From NCBI RefSeq assembly GCF_009914755.1, contig NC_060941.1: a DNA stretch of 64,000 bases; one strand, given 5' to 3'. This DNA comes from the human T2T-CHM13v2.0 reference genome, Homo sapiens. Numbering within the stretch: the stretch's first letter is position 1; each line of letters opens with the position of its first letter. Below the pieces are notes generated by a model. That model worked only from the letters and a program-made list of their open reading frames with translations, was not told the origin of the DNA and made no database searches. Below, piece by piece: positions 1 through 30,429 of this stretch. The position numbers were made by a program, and so were the translations under genes.

Positions 1-23
1 GGGAGGCTGAGGCAGGTGGATCA

Positions 24-340
<317 letters not shown>

Positions 341-484
341 TTACCACTTTTACCCTGTGCCTAAAATTCCTGCCATTAGACTTCTGTGTTAAGGTACTGT
401 TTCTTGAAGGTCACTGTTAAAATTCGAGGTAATCTCAGAAGACTTTCCATATAAGGATTTTTTTTTTTTCGAGATGGAGTTTAG

Positions 485-688
<204 letters not shown>

Positions 689-874
689 TGAACTCCTGAC
701 CTCAAGTGATCCACCCGCCTTGGCCTCCCAAAATGTTGGGTGGCATGAGCCACTGCCCCGGCCCCATGTAAGCATTTGTCAGTCAACCTGTACAGACCAT
801 CTCTGGTCAGTTCTGTGCCACAGGTGCAATGCCTAAGGGTGGAGAACTGAGTGAGGAGATGGAAAATACTCTTA

Positions 875-1093
<219 letters not shown>

Positions 1094-1830
1094 TTACAGT
1101 GAGCCGAAATCACGCCACTGCAGTCCAGCTTAGGCAACAGAGCAAGACTCTGTCTCAAAAAAATAAAAAAAAAAAGGAAAAACAAATATTCTCACAAGAC
1201 AACGCAAGCTACAACAAGTCAACTTAACTCAAATGCTAAGAGTCAGGAAGGGCAGTGGAGGAGTGGTTGGAGTGAGAAGAGAGGACTCAAGATGGCTTTG
1301 TGCGTGTGCTTGTTTCGAATGAGGTCTTAAAGTAACTCAAGTATTGAAGCCAGCTAAGTAACCCAAACGCCATCATTGTACAGGGTTTTATTTTGGTAGA
1401 AGGGGGATGCTTTATGCACACATAAGGCAAATGTGGATTTGCTGAATGTTAGATTTGAAGTTTCCTGTTTTGACCATTAGCTGACTATGAGAAAGATTTC
1501 ATCATAAAGAAGGGATCTTGTTGGAAGACTGAGTAGTTTATGAAAAATTTTTTTGGCTGGGTGTGGTGGCTCACAGTAATCCTGTTACTTTGGAGGGCTG
1601 AGACAGGAAGATGACTTGAGGCCAGGAGTTTGAGACCAGCCTGGGCATCATGGTGAGGCCTGTCTTTTTTTAAAAAAATGATAAATTAAATTAATTTTAA
1701 AAAATTTAATTGGACACATCTTGACCATTAGCTGAATAATGGTCAAAACAGTAGCAAGGCTGGGTGCGGTGGCTCACACCTGTAATCCCAGCACTATGGG
1801 AGGCTGAGGCAGGTGGATCACATGAGGTCA

Positions 1831-2043
<213 letters not shown>

Positions 2044-2190
2044 TCAAAACAAACAAACAAACAAACAAACAAAAACCTCCAAAACAAAAACAGTAGCAAA
2101 ACAGGCCTGGGAATCTTCAGGGTCCCATAAAGGAGCAGAGGCAGATTGTGTGTTAAGTGGGACTTTAGGAAGGCTATCAGGTTGTAGTGA

Positions 2191-2568
<378 letters not shown>

Positions 2569-2571
2569 TGA

Positions 2572-2886
<315 letters not shown>

Positions 2887-3490
2887 TAAACTTTGACATG
2901 TCACTAAACTTCTGGCCTCCCTTGCCTGCAAATACCTTATCTACAGTTGCCATAGACAGTCTAAGCTTCAAGGGACTCTGACCATAGTTAACACATATGA
3001 GAGGATTTTGTAAACTATGTTGGGTACATATAAAGTTTGGATTTTTTTTGTTATTGTTGTTTTAAACCAAACTCAAAGCCTATATTTTGCTCACCTGTGT
3101 GAGATCTATACCTCAAGATTTCTTATATGGCATTAAAATAGTGAAATCAAAAACCATGGTTTGAATGACTCACTACTGCAGATGGTAGAGTGAGTTTGAA
3201 TGAGGGAGGAAGGCCATGATCCCGAGATTTGTCCGGAGAGAGAATCTGTGGCTGTTGGCAACAGAATTAAGCCCCAGAAACAAAGGGACCCTTTATTTGA
3301 GAGAGGTCCTGAGGTATCATCACAGTTATGGTTTGTAGTCGCAGTGGGAACAAGGATAGCATTGTGGGCAGGTGTGTGGCCTAATGGAAAACAACAGTAT
3401 GAAGAGTGAGTAACTGGGGTATGGAGGATGGCGTCAGCCCAAGGACAAAGGTGCATCACTGAGAAGGAATCTTGTTGGAGGACTGAGTAG

Positions 3491-3694
<204 letters not shown>

Positions 3695-3884
3695 TAGAGA
3701 CGGGGGTTTCACCATGTTGGCCAGGCTGGTCTCGAACTCCTGACCTCAGGTGATCTGCCTGCCTTGGCCTCCCAAAGTATCGGGATTACAGGCATGAGCC
3801 ACCGGCCTGAAGATGTTTTTGATGAGCCACATCTTGAGCTGGGAAAATAACACCATGAAAGCAGAGTTAGAGCCAATCAATCTA

Positions 3885-4109
3885 ACAATTGTGGTCAATT
3901 GATTGGTAACAAAGGTGCCAAGAACACACAGTGAGAAAAAAACAGTCTCTTTATTTTTATTTTTGACAGTCTCTTTAATAAATGGTGTTAGGAAAACTGG
4001 CTATCCACATGCCGAAGAATGAAATTAGAGCCTTATCTCGCACCATACCCAAAAATCAACTCAAAGTGGAATAAAGACTCAAATGTAAGACCTGAAACTA
4101 TAAAGCTAC
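3885..4109 (+). mobile_element. Old LINE-1 ORF2 3' fragment fused to an Alu right arm
   Basis: AAAGGTGCCAAGAACACACA...AATAAATGGTGTTAGGAAAACTGG...AAATGTAAGACCTGAAACTATAAAGCTACT is typical L1 ORF2 sequence; it switches to Alu at the shared AGCTACT. Confidence 0.85.
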
Positions 4110-4112
4110 TCA

Positions 4113-4217
<105 letters not shown>

Positions 4218-5021
4218 TCAAAAAGAAAAAAAAAAGTAAAGTAAAGTAAATGTGAAGAAATAGGAGTTGTTCCGGCAGTCTTATGCTTTTCTGGTCACAC
4301 TGGGAGCTTATGTGTCCCTATGATGTGGGAGACCCTGGGACTTGATTTTCTTCCTATTTTCTCAGAAAAGAGCCTCAGAAATATTCACATAGGACTGCCT
4401 TGACCCTGGGATGGCAAATAACGTCACTCATGTGCAAATTCAGACAAATAGTAGCAGCTGCCTGGAATACTGTGCTGTGTGGGGCTCTAAGGCACATTTG
4501 GGGATCTGAGAAGTGGACAAGAACATTATTACACGTGGCTCAGTGATGTCTTGCCCGTGGTGGCAATCCTGCCGATTATTTTGCTGACCTTGTTAAGACT
4601 CCAGATTCCTGGTGATGAGCCTCATATGCTGGGATGCAGCTTTCTTCTCCTTTGTCCTCTGATTACTTTTTCCCTATACCCTCTGCTGTTGTCTAGTTTC
4701 AGTGCCACACCACGCCCCCAACCTCAACTTTCCGCTCACCTTCTCAAAGCCCAGTACTGACCCCTCCTCTAAGCCAGCCTTTTCTTCTCTGTCTTCCCTC
4801 TCATGGTGGTTTTTGGGAGGCTGAGGTTTCTGGGTGGTGCTGCATTTCTCCCACTGTGAAACGGACGGTGGTTTCACCTAAGACAGACATGGACCTTACA
4901 GGACCCCAACGCACCTCTTAGGCTTAAAGAACTTGCCCAAGAAGGATCTGTCATCCAAGCACAGTAAAAACGTGATCTTGCTGGGTCAGGTTCAGAATTG
5001 GTTGCTCTGGCCTCCTTGATA

Positions 5022-5817
<796 letters not shown>

Positions 5818-6100
5818 TATAATTGTTAACTCCAGAGTAGGAAGTTGCTCCTTTGCTCTACTTCCTTACATCTTCACAGCTGGAGGTGTAAGGGGGAACA
5901 CCAAGGATGTAACTGAACCTTGATTCAGCTTCAGCCAGTCACGTTACTGTGCAGAGGTGAGATATGAATATTTTTGTCCATCAAGTTTCCACTGAACAGA
6001 GGCCCAGCACCACCAGTGCCTCCTGCAGAACTCTCAAAGACATGTGACATGGTCCTGGACCTCAAGGACAGCTGTGTGTCTGTAGGAAATAGTTAAATCA

Positions 6101-6743
<643 letters not shown>

Positions 6744-7369
6744 TCATACTCACCTATAAAGCCAATTCTGTGGAAGTCCTGAACCTGTTAGTAGACCGTG
6801 AAACATCAGCCCCTGCCCAGTCATACACATCCTCATACAGGCTGAAAGTGGGAACAGTATTTACAAACCATATGTCCTTGTCTCCTTCACTCAGTAGATT
6901 CCTATTACTCCAGGTGGCACCTAGGTTGGCTAGTGTAATAAAGCAGACGGTGGGCCAGGCGTGGTAGCTCACGGCTGTAATCCCAGCACTTTGGGAGGCC
7001 GAGGTGGGCGGATCACCTGAGCTCAGGAGTTCGAGACAAGCCTGACTAACATGGAGAAACCCTGTCTCTACTAAAAATACAAAAATTAGCCGGGCGTGGT
7101 GGCACGTGGCTGTATTCCCAGCTACTCAGGAGGCTGAGGCAGGAGAATCGCTTGAACCTCGGAGGTGGAGGTTGCGGTGAGCCAAGATCACGCCATTGCA
7201 CTCCAGCCTGAGCGACAAGAGCAAGACTCCATCTCAAAAAACAAAACAAAATAAAATAAAATAAAGCAAACGGTGAGCCGGGGAGTGGCTGAGAGGAGAC
7301 AACTTATCCTTTTCCTTCCTAACTCACACACAAGCGCAGGTCAGATTAAGCACTGCCAAAGCTGGGGCC

Positions 7370-8065
<696 letters not shown>

Positions 8066-9032
8066 TGTAGGGGTGGGTTGCCCCTCCACACCTGTGGGTG
8101 TTTCTCGTAAGGTGGAACGAGAGACTTAGGAAAGAAAAAGACACAGAGACAAAGTATAGAGAAAGAAATAAGGGGACCCAGGGAACCAGCGTTCAGCATA
8201 TGGAGGATCCCGCCAGCCTCTGAGTTCCCTTAGTATTTATTGATCATTTGTGGGTGTTTCTCGAAGAGGGGGATGTGTCAGGGTCACAAGACAATTGTGG
8301 GGAGAGGGTCAGCAGACAAACACGTGAACAAAGGTCTTTGCATCATAGACAATGTAAAGGATTAAGTGCTGTGCTTTTAGATATGCATACACATAAACAT
8401 CTCAATGCTTTACAAAGCAGTATTGCTGCCCGCAGGTCCCACTCCAGCCCTAAGGCAGTTTTTCCCTATCTCAGTAGATGGAGCATACAATCGGGTTTTA
8501 TACCGAGACATTCCATTGCCCAGGGACAGGCAGGAGACAGATGCCTTCCTCTTGTCTCAACTGCAAGAGGCATTCCTTCCTCTTATACTAATCCTCCTCA
8601 GCACAGACCCTTTACGGGTGTCGGGCTGGGGGATGGTCAGGTCTTTCCCTTCCCACGAGGCCATATTTCAGACTACCACATGGGGAGAAACCTTGGACAA
8701 TACCTGGCTTTCCTAGGCAGAGGTCCCTGCGGCCTTCCGCAGTTTTTGTGTCCCTGGGTACTTGAGATTAGGGAGTGGTGATGACTCTTAAGGAGCATGC
8801 TGCCTTCAGGCATCTGTTTAACAAAGCACATCTTGCACCGCCCTTAATCCATTCAACTCTGAGTTGACACAGCACATGTTTCAGAGAGCACGGGGTTGGG
8901 GGTAAGGTTATAGATTAACAGAATCTCAAGGCAGAAGAATTTTTCTTAGTACAGAACAAAATGGAGTCTCCTATGTCTACTTCTTTCTACACAGACACAG
9001 TAACAATCTGATCTCTCTTGCTTTTCCCCACA
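8066..9032 (-). mobile_element. HERV-K(HML-2) solo LTR, LTR5_Hs type, full length (967 bp)
   Basis: The minus strand begins TGTGGGGAAAAGCAAGAGAGATCAGATTGTTACTGTGTCTGTGTAGAAAGAAGTAGACATAGG and ends ...CCCCTACA. Perfect 6-bp TSD GTCAAG (8060-8065, 9033-9038). TATAAA-like box at 8497-8502 and AATAAA at 8236-8241, both on the minus strand. Confidence 0.95.
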
Positions 9033-9398
9033 GTCAAGGTTGAGAATCACGATTTAGGCTCTTGAGGCAGACACCCATTAATGCAGGTGTACTAGATAAA
9101 GCTCAGTAAAACCAAATATCTTCCACCCTTGGTTCTGCGGCAGGATATTTTTGTAGTCTGGGCGTCTTTCCTTGGGATAAATGTAGCTTGCAATGATTTT
9201 GATGGAAATGGACTTTTCTTGGATCACGGCTTGGAGAAAGTTTTGAGCAGAGTGAGGAAGGTTGCAATGGCAACCGTGGAAAATGGTAGACAAGCTGAGT
9301 AGGGAAACAGAAAGTGATTTCTGGGCCTGTGGAAAGCAGAGACCATAAGATTACCTTAGGACTCTTAAACAAAATATATTTTTCCCACTCACCATTAG

Positions 9399-9827
<429 letters not shown>

Positions 9828-10256
9828 TGATCCTCCCGCCTTCGCCTCCCAAAGTGCTGGGATTACAGGCGTGAGCCACCGCACCTGGCCCTAATTTTTG
9901 TACTTTTAATAGAGATGGGTTTCACCATTTTGGCCAGGCTGGTTTCGAACTCCTGACCTTGTGATCTGTCTGCCTCAGCCTCCCAAAGTACTGGGATCAC
10001 ATGCATGAGCCACCACGCCCGGCCGGAAAATAGATATTCTGATTGAATCAGAGTTAACAAACTTCCCATGCAGTTGCAGACAGTAGGGCAAGGGAGTTAA
10101 GGATTTTAGTACCAGAGTGGCTAAAGTGATGGACCCTAGAGTCTAGGGCCTAATGGCAATGATGAATTCAAGAGAAAGTTTTCTTTCTGCTAGATTGTGT
10201 GTGGCATACAAACACAATATTCCCTTCTAAGGGTGGTCACTCCTTTCCCTATTTCA

Positions 10257-10938
<682 letters not shown>

Positions 10939-10941
10939 CTA

Positions 10942-11100
<159 letters not shown>

Positions 11101-11299
11101 TCAAAAAACAAACAAACAAGAAAACAAGCTGGCTGTGCAAAATTACAGAGGAAGTAACAAGGAAAGGTTCTGAGGTGAGAATGGGCCAAGCTTGCTCAGG
11201 GAACCCAGGAAGGCTAGCTGCAGAATGCTGTTTCCGTGGCCTCGGCAGCTTAACCTAGGCCTTTACTCTTAACCTTGGTAATTCCCACGCAATCTTGAG

Positions 11300-12100
11300 A
11301 TTTCAGGCCAAACGTCACTCCTGCAAGCCCTTCCGGAACTCAAAGCATGTCTCCCTTCGCTCCCGCCGAGGAGAGACCTGTTCCCAGGATCTGCAGCCCT
11401 GTGCTTATCAGACCCACGGAGTCTGTGGAAAGGAAGGATGGGATAAGAACGATGCGGGTTGGGAGAGTTAAAAGGGTCGCGCAAACGGTCCCCGCGGGAA
11501 TGCGAAGCGGATTCTCGAGTTCTTGAGCCTAGAGCAATGCTTGGGGAGCGACACGAGGGCGCAGAGCGGCAGATCGCGGAGCGGAAGTTCATCCCCGGAG
11601 CCGTTCTAGGAAACCCGGAGGACTCAGGTCGTCAATGATTCCGGGGCTGAAGTGGGCATCGACGGGTGCACTTTGCTGTTCCAGGGAGCCGGCTCGGCAG
11701 GCGGCGGCGACGTGGAACTTGGGCTAGGGCTAGAACCGGCGAAAAGCAAGCCGGAAAAGGCAAGGGGGCGTCGGTGCGCTGACCACCTGTTCCTCCAGCG
11801 GAGTGCGACGCGCGCCGATTGGCTGGAGTGCCGCCCGGGTACCGGAAGTGGCCGATGCCCGTCGCCAGTGACACCGGGACAACAGCTGCGGGCTCTGTGC
11901 GAGCGGCCCAGCAGCGCGGAGCCTCAGCGGAGTGAGCGAGCGCGGGGCAGTAGCGGCCTGCGGTGAGACCTCATTCCGTCGCGGCTGTGGGGGTAGGCGG
12001 GGGCTGGGCTCCCAGCTCCCTAGAGAGCCGAGCGGAAACCCTACGTTTAGGCCCGTTCTGACCGGGGTTCGCTGTGTGACCTTGAAGTTTATGCCTCCCT
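11300..12100. promoter_or_regulatory. ZFP3: CpG-island promoter of ZFP3 (likely bidirectional)
   Basis: High CpG/GC; ETS/GABPA motifs CCGGAAGTG (11842-11850) and GCGGAAGT (11581-11588); inverted CCAAT (ATTGG 11818-11822); splice donor immediately downstream. Confidence 0.85.
11860..11962 (+). other. ZFP3: ZFP3 non-coding exon 1 (start approximate)
   Basis: Ends at donor GCG|GTGAGA (GT at 11963-11964) within the CpG island; pairs with the acceptor at 24871-24872. Confidence 0.7.
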
Positions 12101-12626
12101 CCATTCCCCCCGCCCCCAGGCCTTCATTTCCACCTGCACACAGAGAGGGTGGGGCCTGGACACCGCCAGGGACAGTCCCAGCTCTGGTTTGGTGCCTGTC
12201 AGCCGTGGGGGTGGGAGAAGCAGGGACACTCCCTTCTGTACCGAGGTGGGGACCCGTGGGAGCTGTGGTTTTCTCAGACATTCCACCCCCAAGTAAACCG
12301 CTAGGACGAAATGGCGGGCAGTGTCACAAACTTAACGCCCTAGTGGCAGATTGTGCCCTGTGCTGCCAGACAAGATATTGGCTTATGAGGGGTGGTCGTG
12401 AAAAGGAGACAGGTTTGAGCTGCAAAGATAGAGCCCTATTGTGGGTCAGAGGGAGAAGAGAGGAAAGGAGGTTAACAGTGCCATAAATTAAATATCACCC
12501 AGATTGGGAAAAGGAACTTATTTTTACAAACAGTTATCGACACCAGCTATGTGTCAGACACTATCCTAGGCTCTTTAGATATAATGATGAATGAAATATC
12601 CAGTTAGCCATCAAGAGTATTACAGA

Positions 12627-24745
<12,119 letters not shown>

Positions 24746-24880
24746 CCCTCCTCCCCTGACCAAGACTGTTTCTGAGTGCTATGAGAACTACATCAAAGCT
24801 CTGTTGTCCTCTAGTGTTAGCTTCATTTAAATATGATACGGTCCCTTCACATACTTACCTCTCTCATTTCAGATTGTGAG

Positions 24881-26389
24881 ATGGGGACTGAGAACAAGGA
24901 GGTGATTCCCAAGGAAGAAATTTCTGAAGAATCTGAGCCACATGGGTCATTATTAGAAAAATTTCCAAAAGTGGTTTACCAAGGTCATGAGTTTGGAGCA
25001 GGATGTGAAGAAGACATGTTGGAGGGACATTCGAGAGAGTCCATGGAAGAGGTTATAGAGCAGATGTCTCCTCAGGAGAGAGACTTTCCATCAGGGTTGA
25101 TGATCTTTAAGAAATCACCCTCAAGTGAGAAAGACCGGGAGAATAATGAGAGTGAGAGAGGCTGCAGTCCCAGCCCAAATCTGGTTACACATCAGGGAGA
25201 TACAACAGAGGGAGTTAGTGCATTTGCTACCTCTGGCCAAAACTTCCTAGAGATTTTAGAATCTAACAAAACACAGAGAAGTTCTGTGGGAGAAAAGCCT
25301 CATACATGTAAAGAATGTGGGAAAGCCTTTAATCAGAACTCACATCTCATCCAGCATATGAGAGTTCATAGTGGAGAAAAACCCTTTGAATGTAAAGAAT
25401 GTGGAAAGACATTTGGAACTAATTCAAGCCTTCGACGGCACCTGAGAATTCATGCTGGAGAAAAACCCTTTGCTTGTAATGAATGTGGAAAGGCCTTCAT
25501 TCAGAGTTCACACCTTATTCACCATCATAGAATTCATACTGGAGAGAGACCCTATAAATGTGAAGAATGTGGTAAAGCCTTCAGTCAAAATTCAGCCCTT
25601 ATTCTACACCAGAGAATCCATACTGGAGAGAAACCATATGAATGTAATGAATGTGGGAAGACCTTTAGGGTTAGTTCACAGCTTATTCAGCATCAGAGAA
25701 TTCATACTGAAGAAAGATACCATGAATGCAATGAGTGTGGCAAAGCCTTCAAGCATAGCTCAGGCCTTATTAGACACCAGAAAATTCATACTGGAGAAAA
25801 ACCATATCTGTGTAATGAATGTGGGAAGGGCTTCGGGCAGAGTTCTGAGCTTATCCGGCATCAGAGAATTCATACAGGGGACAAACCCTATGAATGTAAT
25901 GAATGTGGGAAAACTTTTGGCCAGAACTCAGAGATTATTAGACATATTAGAATTCATACTGGTGAGAAGCCCTATGTATGTAAGGAATGTGGGAAGGCCT
26001 TCAGGGGGAACTCAGAACTTCTTAGACATGAGAGAATTCACACTGGAGAGAAACCCTATGAATGCTTTGAGTGTGGAAAGGCTTTCAGGCGGACCTCTCA
26101 CCTTATTGTCCACCAGAGAATTCATACTGGAGAGAAACCCCATCAATGTAATGAGTGTGCAAGAACCTTTTGGGATAATTCTGAGCTGCTTCTCCACCAG
26201 AAAATTCATATTGGAGAGAAACCTTATGAATGTAGCGAGTGTGAGAAAACATTTAGCCAGCATTCCCAACTTATCATACATCAGAGAATTCACACTGGAG
26301 AGAAGCCTTATGAGTGCCAAGAATGTCAGAAGACTTTTAGTCGGAGCTCTCACCTCCTCCGACATCAAAGTGTTCACTGTATGGAGTAA
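24881..26389 (+). CDS. ZFP3: Zinc finger protein 3 homolog, 502 aa, 13 tandem C2H2 fingers, no KRAB/SCAN
   Basis: Acceptor TTTCAG|ATTGTGAG (exon starts 24873), then gagATGG. Protein [28 protein letters not shown]... with 13 CxxC..H...H repeats and TGEKP-type linkers, ending HQSVHCME*. The ORF-track ATG at 24833 is intronic. Confidence 0.95.
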   Translation: MGTENKEVIPKEEISEESEPHGSLLEKFPKVVYQGHEFGAGCEEDMLEGHSRESMEEVIEQMSPQERDFPSGLMIFKKSPSSEKDRENNESERGCSPSPNLVTHQGDTTEGVSAFATSGQNFLEILESNKTQRSSVGEKPHTCKECGKAFNQNSHLIQHMRVHSGEKPFECKECGKTFGTNSSLRRHLRIHAGEKPFACNECGKAFIQSSHLIHHHRIHTGERPYKCEECGKAFSQNSALILHQRIHTGEKPYECNECGKTFRVSSQLIQHQRIHTEERYHECNECGKAFKHSSGLIRHQKIHTGEKPYLCNECGKGFGQSSELIRHQRIHTGDKPYECNECGKTFGQNSEIIRHIRIHTGEKPYVCKECGKAFRGNSELLRHERIHTGEKPYECFECGKAFRRTSHLIVHQRIHTGEKPHQCNECARTFWDNSELLLHQKIHIGEKPYECSECEKTFSQHSQLIIHQRIHTGEKPYECQECQKTFSRSSHLLRHQSVHCME

Positions 26390-29300
26390 TCTGCAAAATA
26401 GGAAAGCTTTTAGTGGAAAAGCTAAAGTCCAGCTTATTCATTTGTTCATAATATGCAAATATGCACCCCAAGTATTCAAATCCAATGAATGGACAGAACC
26501 TCCTCTGTCCTCCCACTGATTTTAAATAGTTGGTTGAAGAAGATGAGGCACTTTTTTTTTTTTTTTTAAGCATTGGGGTCTTGCTCTGTTGCCCAGGATG
26601 GGATGCAGTGGCACAGTCGTAACTCACTGCTTCCTTGAACTCCTGGGCTCAAACAGTCCTCCTGCCTCAGCCTTCCAAATAGCTAGGACTGCAGGCACTA
26701 ATGAGGCACTTTTATGAATTATTCATTGAGAGGTTTCAGTGTGCTAAGTTAAATCATAAAAGCTCTTTCAGGCCTTAATTTCCCCTCTGTCCTTCCTTCC
26801 CCTTCTCCTCCCCCAGTGGATCACATAACAAACATTAAGGGTCTGTACCAGCCATCTTTCCTAAATTACTCTTCAGCAAAATTGTGGGAACAGGATTCCA
26901 CCACCTCCTAAGAATGAGAGTTGACTCATTGACTGTTACCCCCTGAAATATTAGAAAGTCATAATTTAGAAGACACACCTCATTCTCCTGTCCATGTTTA
27001 GCATTGGAATAATTTAGTAAGCTGTTATTAGCTTCAAAGTCGTCCAGCCCTGCTATGAAGTTACTTTAGAAGATGGCAGCATTAATGAAGAAGCAGGCTC
27101 ATTTCACATCTGTCAGGCTTCCTTATTCATCTGAAGAGGCTGCCATGATGGAGGAACTGACAGGCAATTTACAACGGGATTATAAGTGAAGGCCTTAGAA
27201 TCCAGAGGGGCCGATTAGGCAACACCAGGGGATAAACAATTGAGGTCACACTGCTCGGCATGGGCAGAAGCAGCTCTTCAGGAGCTGTCCACACTTCAGG
27301 GGTGCTCAGACTGACTGCTCCTAAGAATTCTGCTGCATATATTTTTAGCCCCATCTCCTGCCACTGCTGACAGATATTGTGACAGTAAGTAGCAGACAGG
27401 ACTGTGGCTTCACCTCCTCCGGGCACCTGGCTACAGTGATGAGTCAGTTCACCTGATGACAAACCAGGGTCTGGCCTTGCCAAAGCACTTAAGTTCTCAT
27501 GACCTGGACCGCACTGGAGGCCCTGGCTAAGTCAGGATGTCGTAGCCTCTTCTTGGTTTTGCCCCTTGGCCTTGAAATTCTTTTTTCTTGAATAACTTTA
27601 AAAAAATAGAGATAAAGTCTTGCTATGTTGCCCAGGCTGGTCTTGAATGCCTGGGCTCCAGCAATCTTTTTGCCTCAACTTCCCAAAGTATTGAGATTAC
27701 AGGTGTGAGCTACCATGCCCGGCCTTGAAATTCTTTCTTCGCTATGTCTGCATGTTTTTTGTGTTCTGTATTTATTTCTTCTCCAAGGAAACAGCCTACA
27801 TTTTCCATGTGTCCATGTTTCTGAGGCCGTGGGTGACAGTGGGAATTGCACTAATGGGGGCCCAGCAGGCCTGGGGGCTGGTCTTAGCGCTAGACCTTGA
27901 ACAAGGCACTTCACCTGCTGGTCTCCAATTTTCTCCTCTGTAAAATGAAAGAGTTGAACTAAGTGATCTCAAAAGTTTCAACCAGCCCGATAATTCCTTA
28001 ATTCTTTAAAAATTTAACTTTATATATCTTTATTATTCTTTAACCTCATCTTTGTTACACTAATATTAGTCACTAATATTTATTGAGTGTTTACTACCTG
28101 ACAGGCACAGTGCCAGTTTACATTTTAATTTTCACATCATTTCTATGATGTGGGTACTCATTTTTTTAAAGCTTTATGAAGGTATAATTTACGTACTATA
28201 AAATTCACCTGTTTTAAGTGTTCAGTTGAATGATTTTTAATTTACATAGTGGTGCAACCATCAATGATGTGGGTATTCTTACCCCAATTTAAAAGATAAG
28301 AAGGGGCAGTGTTAAGTAATTGACCCATGATTCCACAGCTAGTAAGAGCGACAGCCAAGACTCCAAACCTGGTTGATGCTCTTAACCACTGTGCTATGCC
28401 GCAGGTAGGCAGATTCATTACTGCCTTATCTGAAACCCTTTGCACAGTTTCTATTACTGATTTCTATGTAGATTTGAATATAACAAATTTAAATCATGTC
28501 CTTGGTAACAGAACTGATCACAGCCAAAAAAAATTCACCAAATGGGTTTATTCTGTACTCCAATATAGGTGTCTTCCCAGGTTTATATCCTTGGCTTGAG
28601 AAAAGGGTTGTACAAATAGATGATTGCAGAGTTTCCACATCCTTCCAGATACCTCTGCCTCTAACAGTCACACTCTTAGTAAGGGAAGTTGTTTGATTTA
28701 CTTCTTCCCTTAGGTTGATTACAAGTGAAGTGCGCCGTCTTATTCCTTTTTCATTGCTGGAGCACAAATTGAATTGTGCCCAGACCGTATCTTTCTCACA
28801 TGAAACCTGGATCTCACCTATCCCTTCCATGCCTGATTCCCGTGTTTGCATATTTTATTTCCACATTTACCTCTTGTCAGCCCTGACAGAGAATTTGGCA
28901 CCCCTTCAAGCTTCTCCTAAACAATCTATCCACACAAACACCCCTGAGCAATATGGACTTCACTGAAGATAGTGTGTAAGCAAAGGAGAAGAGTTCACAT
29001 TGTGCATCCTATTAGACATTTTGTTCTCAGAAGTACCTTACTGGCCAAACCAATGAAGGTTTTCCTCTTGTCCTCCCCTCTCAAGGCTCAGTCACCTCAA
29101 CTTCTTTTTGCCTACTAGATATCCAATCCATCACCTCGCCTCCCCTGGCCCTAGCTCAATTACCCTCTTAAACCCATTCCTGCTCAGCAAAACTTCCTCT
29201 AGTTCACCATTCATTCATTTGAACATTAGGAGGCAATTTAGTGACCTGTTGTACCTGACCATGTTCTTAAGGGGGAGGTCTCACGTCTCATTCCCAGAAA

Positions 29301-29718
29301 AGTCTACCATATATAGATACATATTCCCCGCCCCGCCCCAGATTTCTGGTGAATGAAATCACTTGTATCTTATTAGGTACATATACGCAAATCCTTAACC
29401 TCAATTCTCTGTCCTCTTCATGTCTTACCCAGATATCTCAGGAAGATTTCTCTTTTCCTTCTGTTTGCCTCCCTCTTCGACTTACTTGGGAGTCAGCATC
29501 TGACCACAGTCGTGACTGGTAATGATGATTTGTGCAAATACTATCAAGGAAAGGACATGAATTGTCTTAATTTTAGACCCATTAAAAAACCGCACAGGCC
29601 TCAATCTTAAAAGTCCTATCTAAATACCCAGAAATACCCTTCAGAATTTTTGAAGCTATGCCCATGTACAAAATTTTCTTCCTTCCCTAATTTTAATGGT
29701 ATACTAACACCTTAGGTA

Positions 29719-29724
29719 AATAAA
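29719..29724 (+). terminator. ZFP3: Probable ZFP3 polyadenylation signal (3' UTR about 3.3 kb, containing Alu fragments)
   Basis: AATAAA followed by U/GU-rich sequence; a weaker ATTAAA lies at 29581. Confidence 0.55.
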
Positions 29725-30429
29725 ATATTTCTTTACTATTTTATTGATATAATGCCTTTGTCATGTTTATTCCAAATTGCATTATGTTTCACTATGGATT
29801 TAATAAGGACTTTGTTTACCAGTTTCATCCCCACCTTGTAAGTTTCACCTTACCTAAATACCCCCACATGCTTGTTAGCTTCTGGTTTTGCATACAGTGT
29901 ACATTCTGTGTCCTTGATCTGCTTTGCTTGGTGAGATCCTTCATCTTAAATAACAGGACAAGTGTTATCTATTGTGCGTGTGTTGGTATACACGTTTTTC
30001 TTCATGATTAGCAACTTAAAATATTCCGGACCATTTGTATGGCCTTTAACAAAAAATCACCTTATTACTGAAATTTCAGGGTGGCGGCGGGTGCTGCTGA
30101 TTGTTTACCATTAAATTTTTACAAGTGTTCTGACTCCTGGCGGATGCCAGGTTCTTAATGCTGTTAAGTCATGAATCTTCTTTGAGAACCAGGAAAGCTC
30201 TGCCCGGAAAAATGTACATGCAGTTTCAGATAATTTATGGACTTCCTGAAACTCATCCTCTGAACCCTGTTCCCCAAATCAAACATTTAACTTAAAAAAA
30301 AAAAGACCGAGTCACTTCCCCAATAATTTCCTCTTCACCGCACCCCTCAGCTTTTGGAATGAAGCTATGTCAAAAAGACCTGCCTGGGTGAACCCCTGCA
30401 AATGGAGGTCAGCTGGACCTCAGTAAAAG

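Noticed and set aside
8248-8781. 177-aa ORF
   Set aside because: Lies antisense within the LTR5_Hs, non-ATG start, no viral protein similarity.
24833-24880. 16-aa N-terminal extension of ZFP3 in the ORF track
   Set aside because: The ATG is upstream of the acceptor at 24871-24872 and reads through the polypyrimidine tract.
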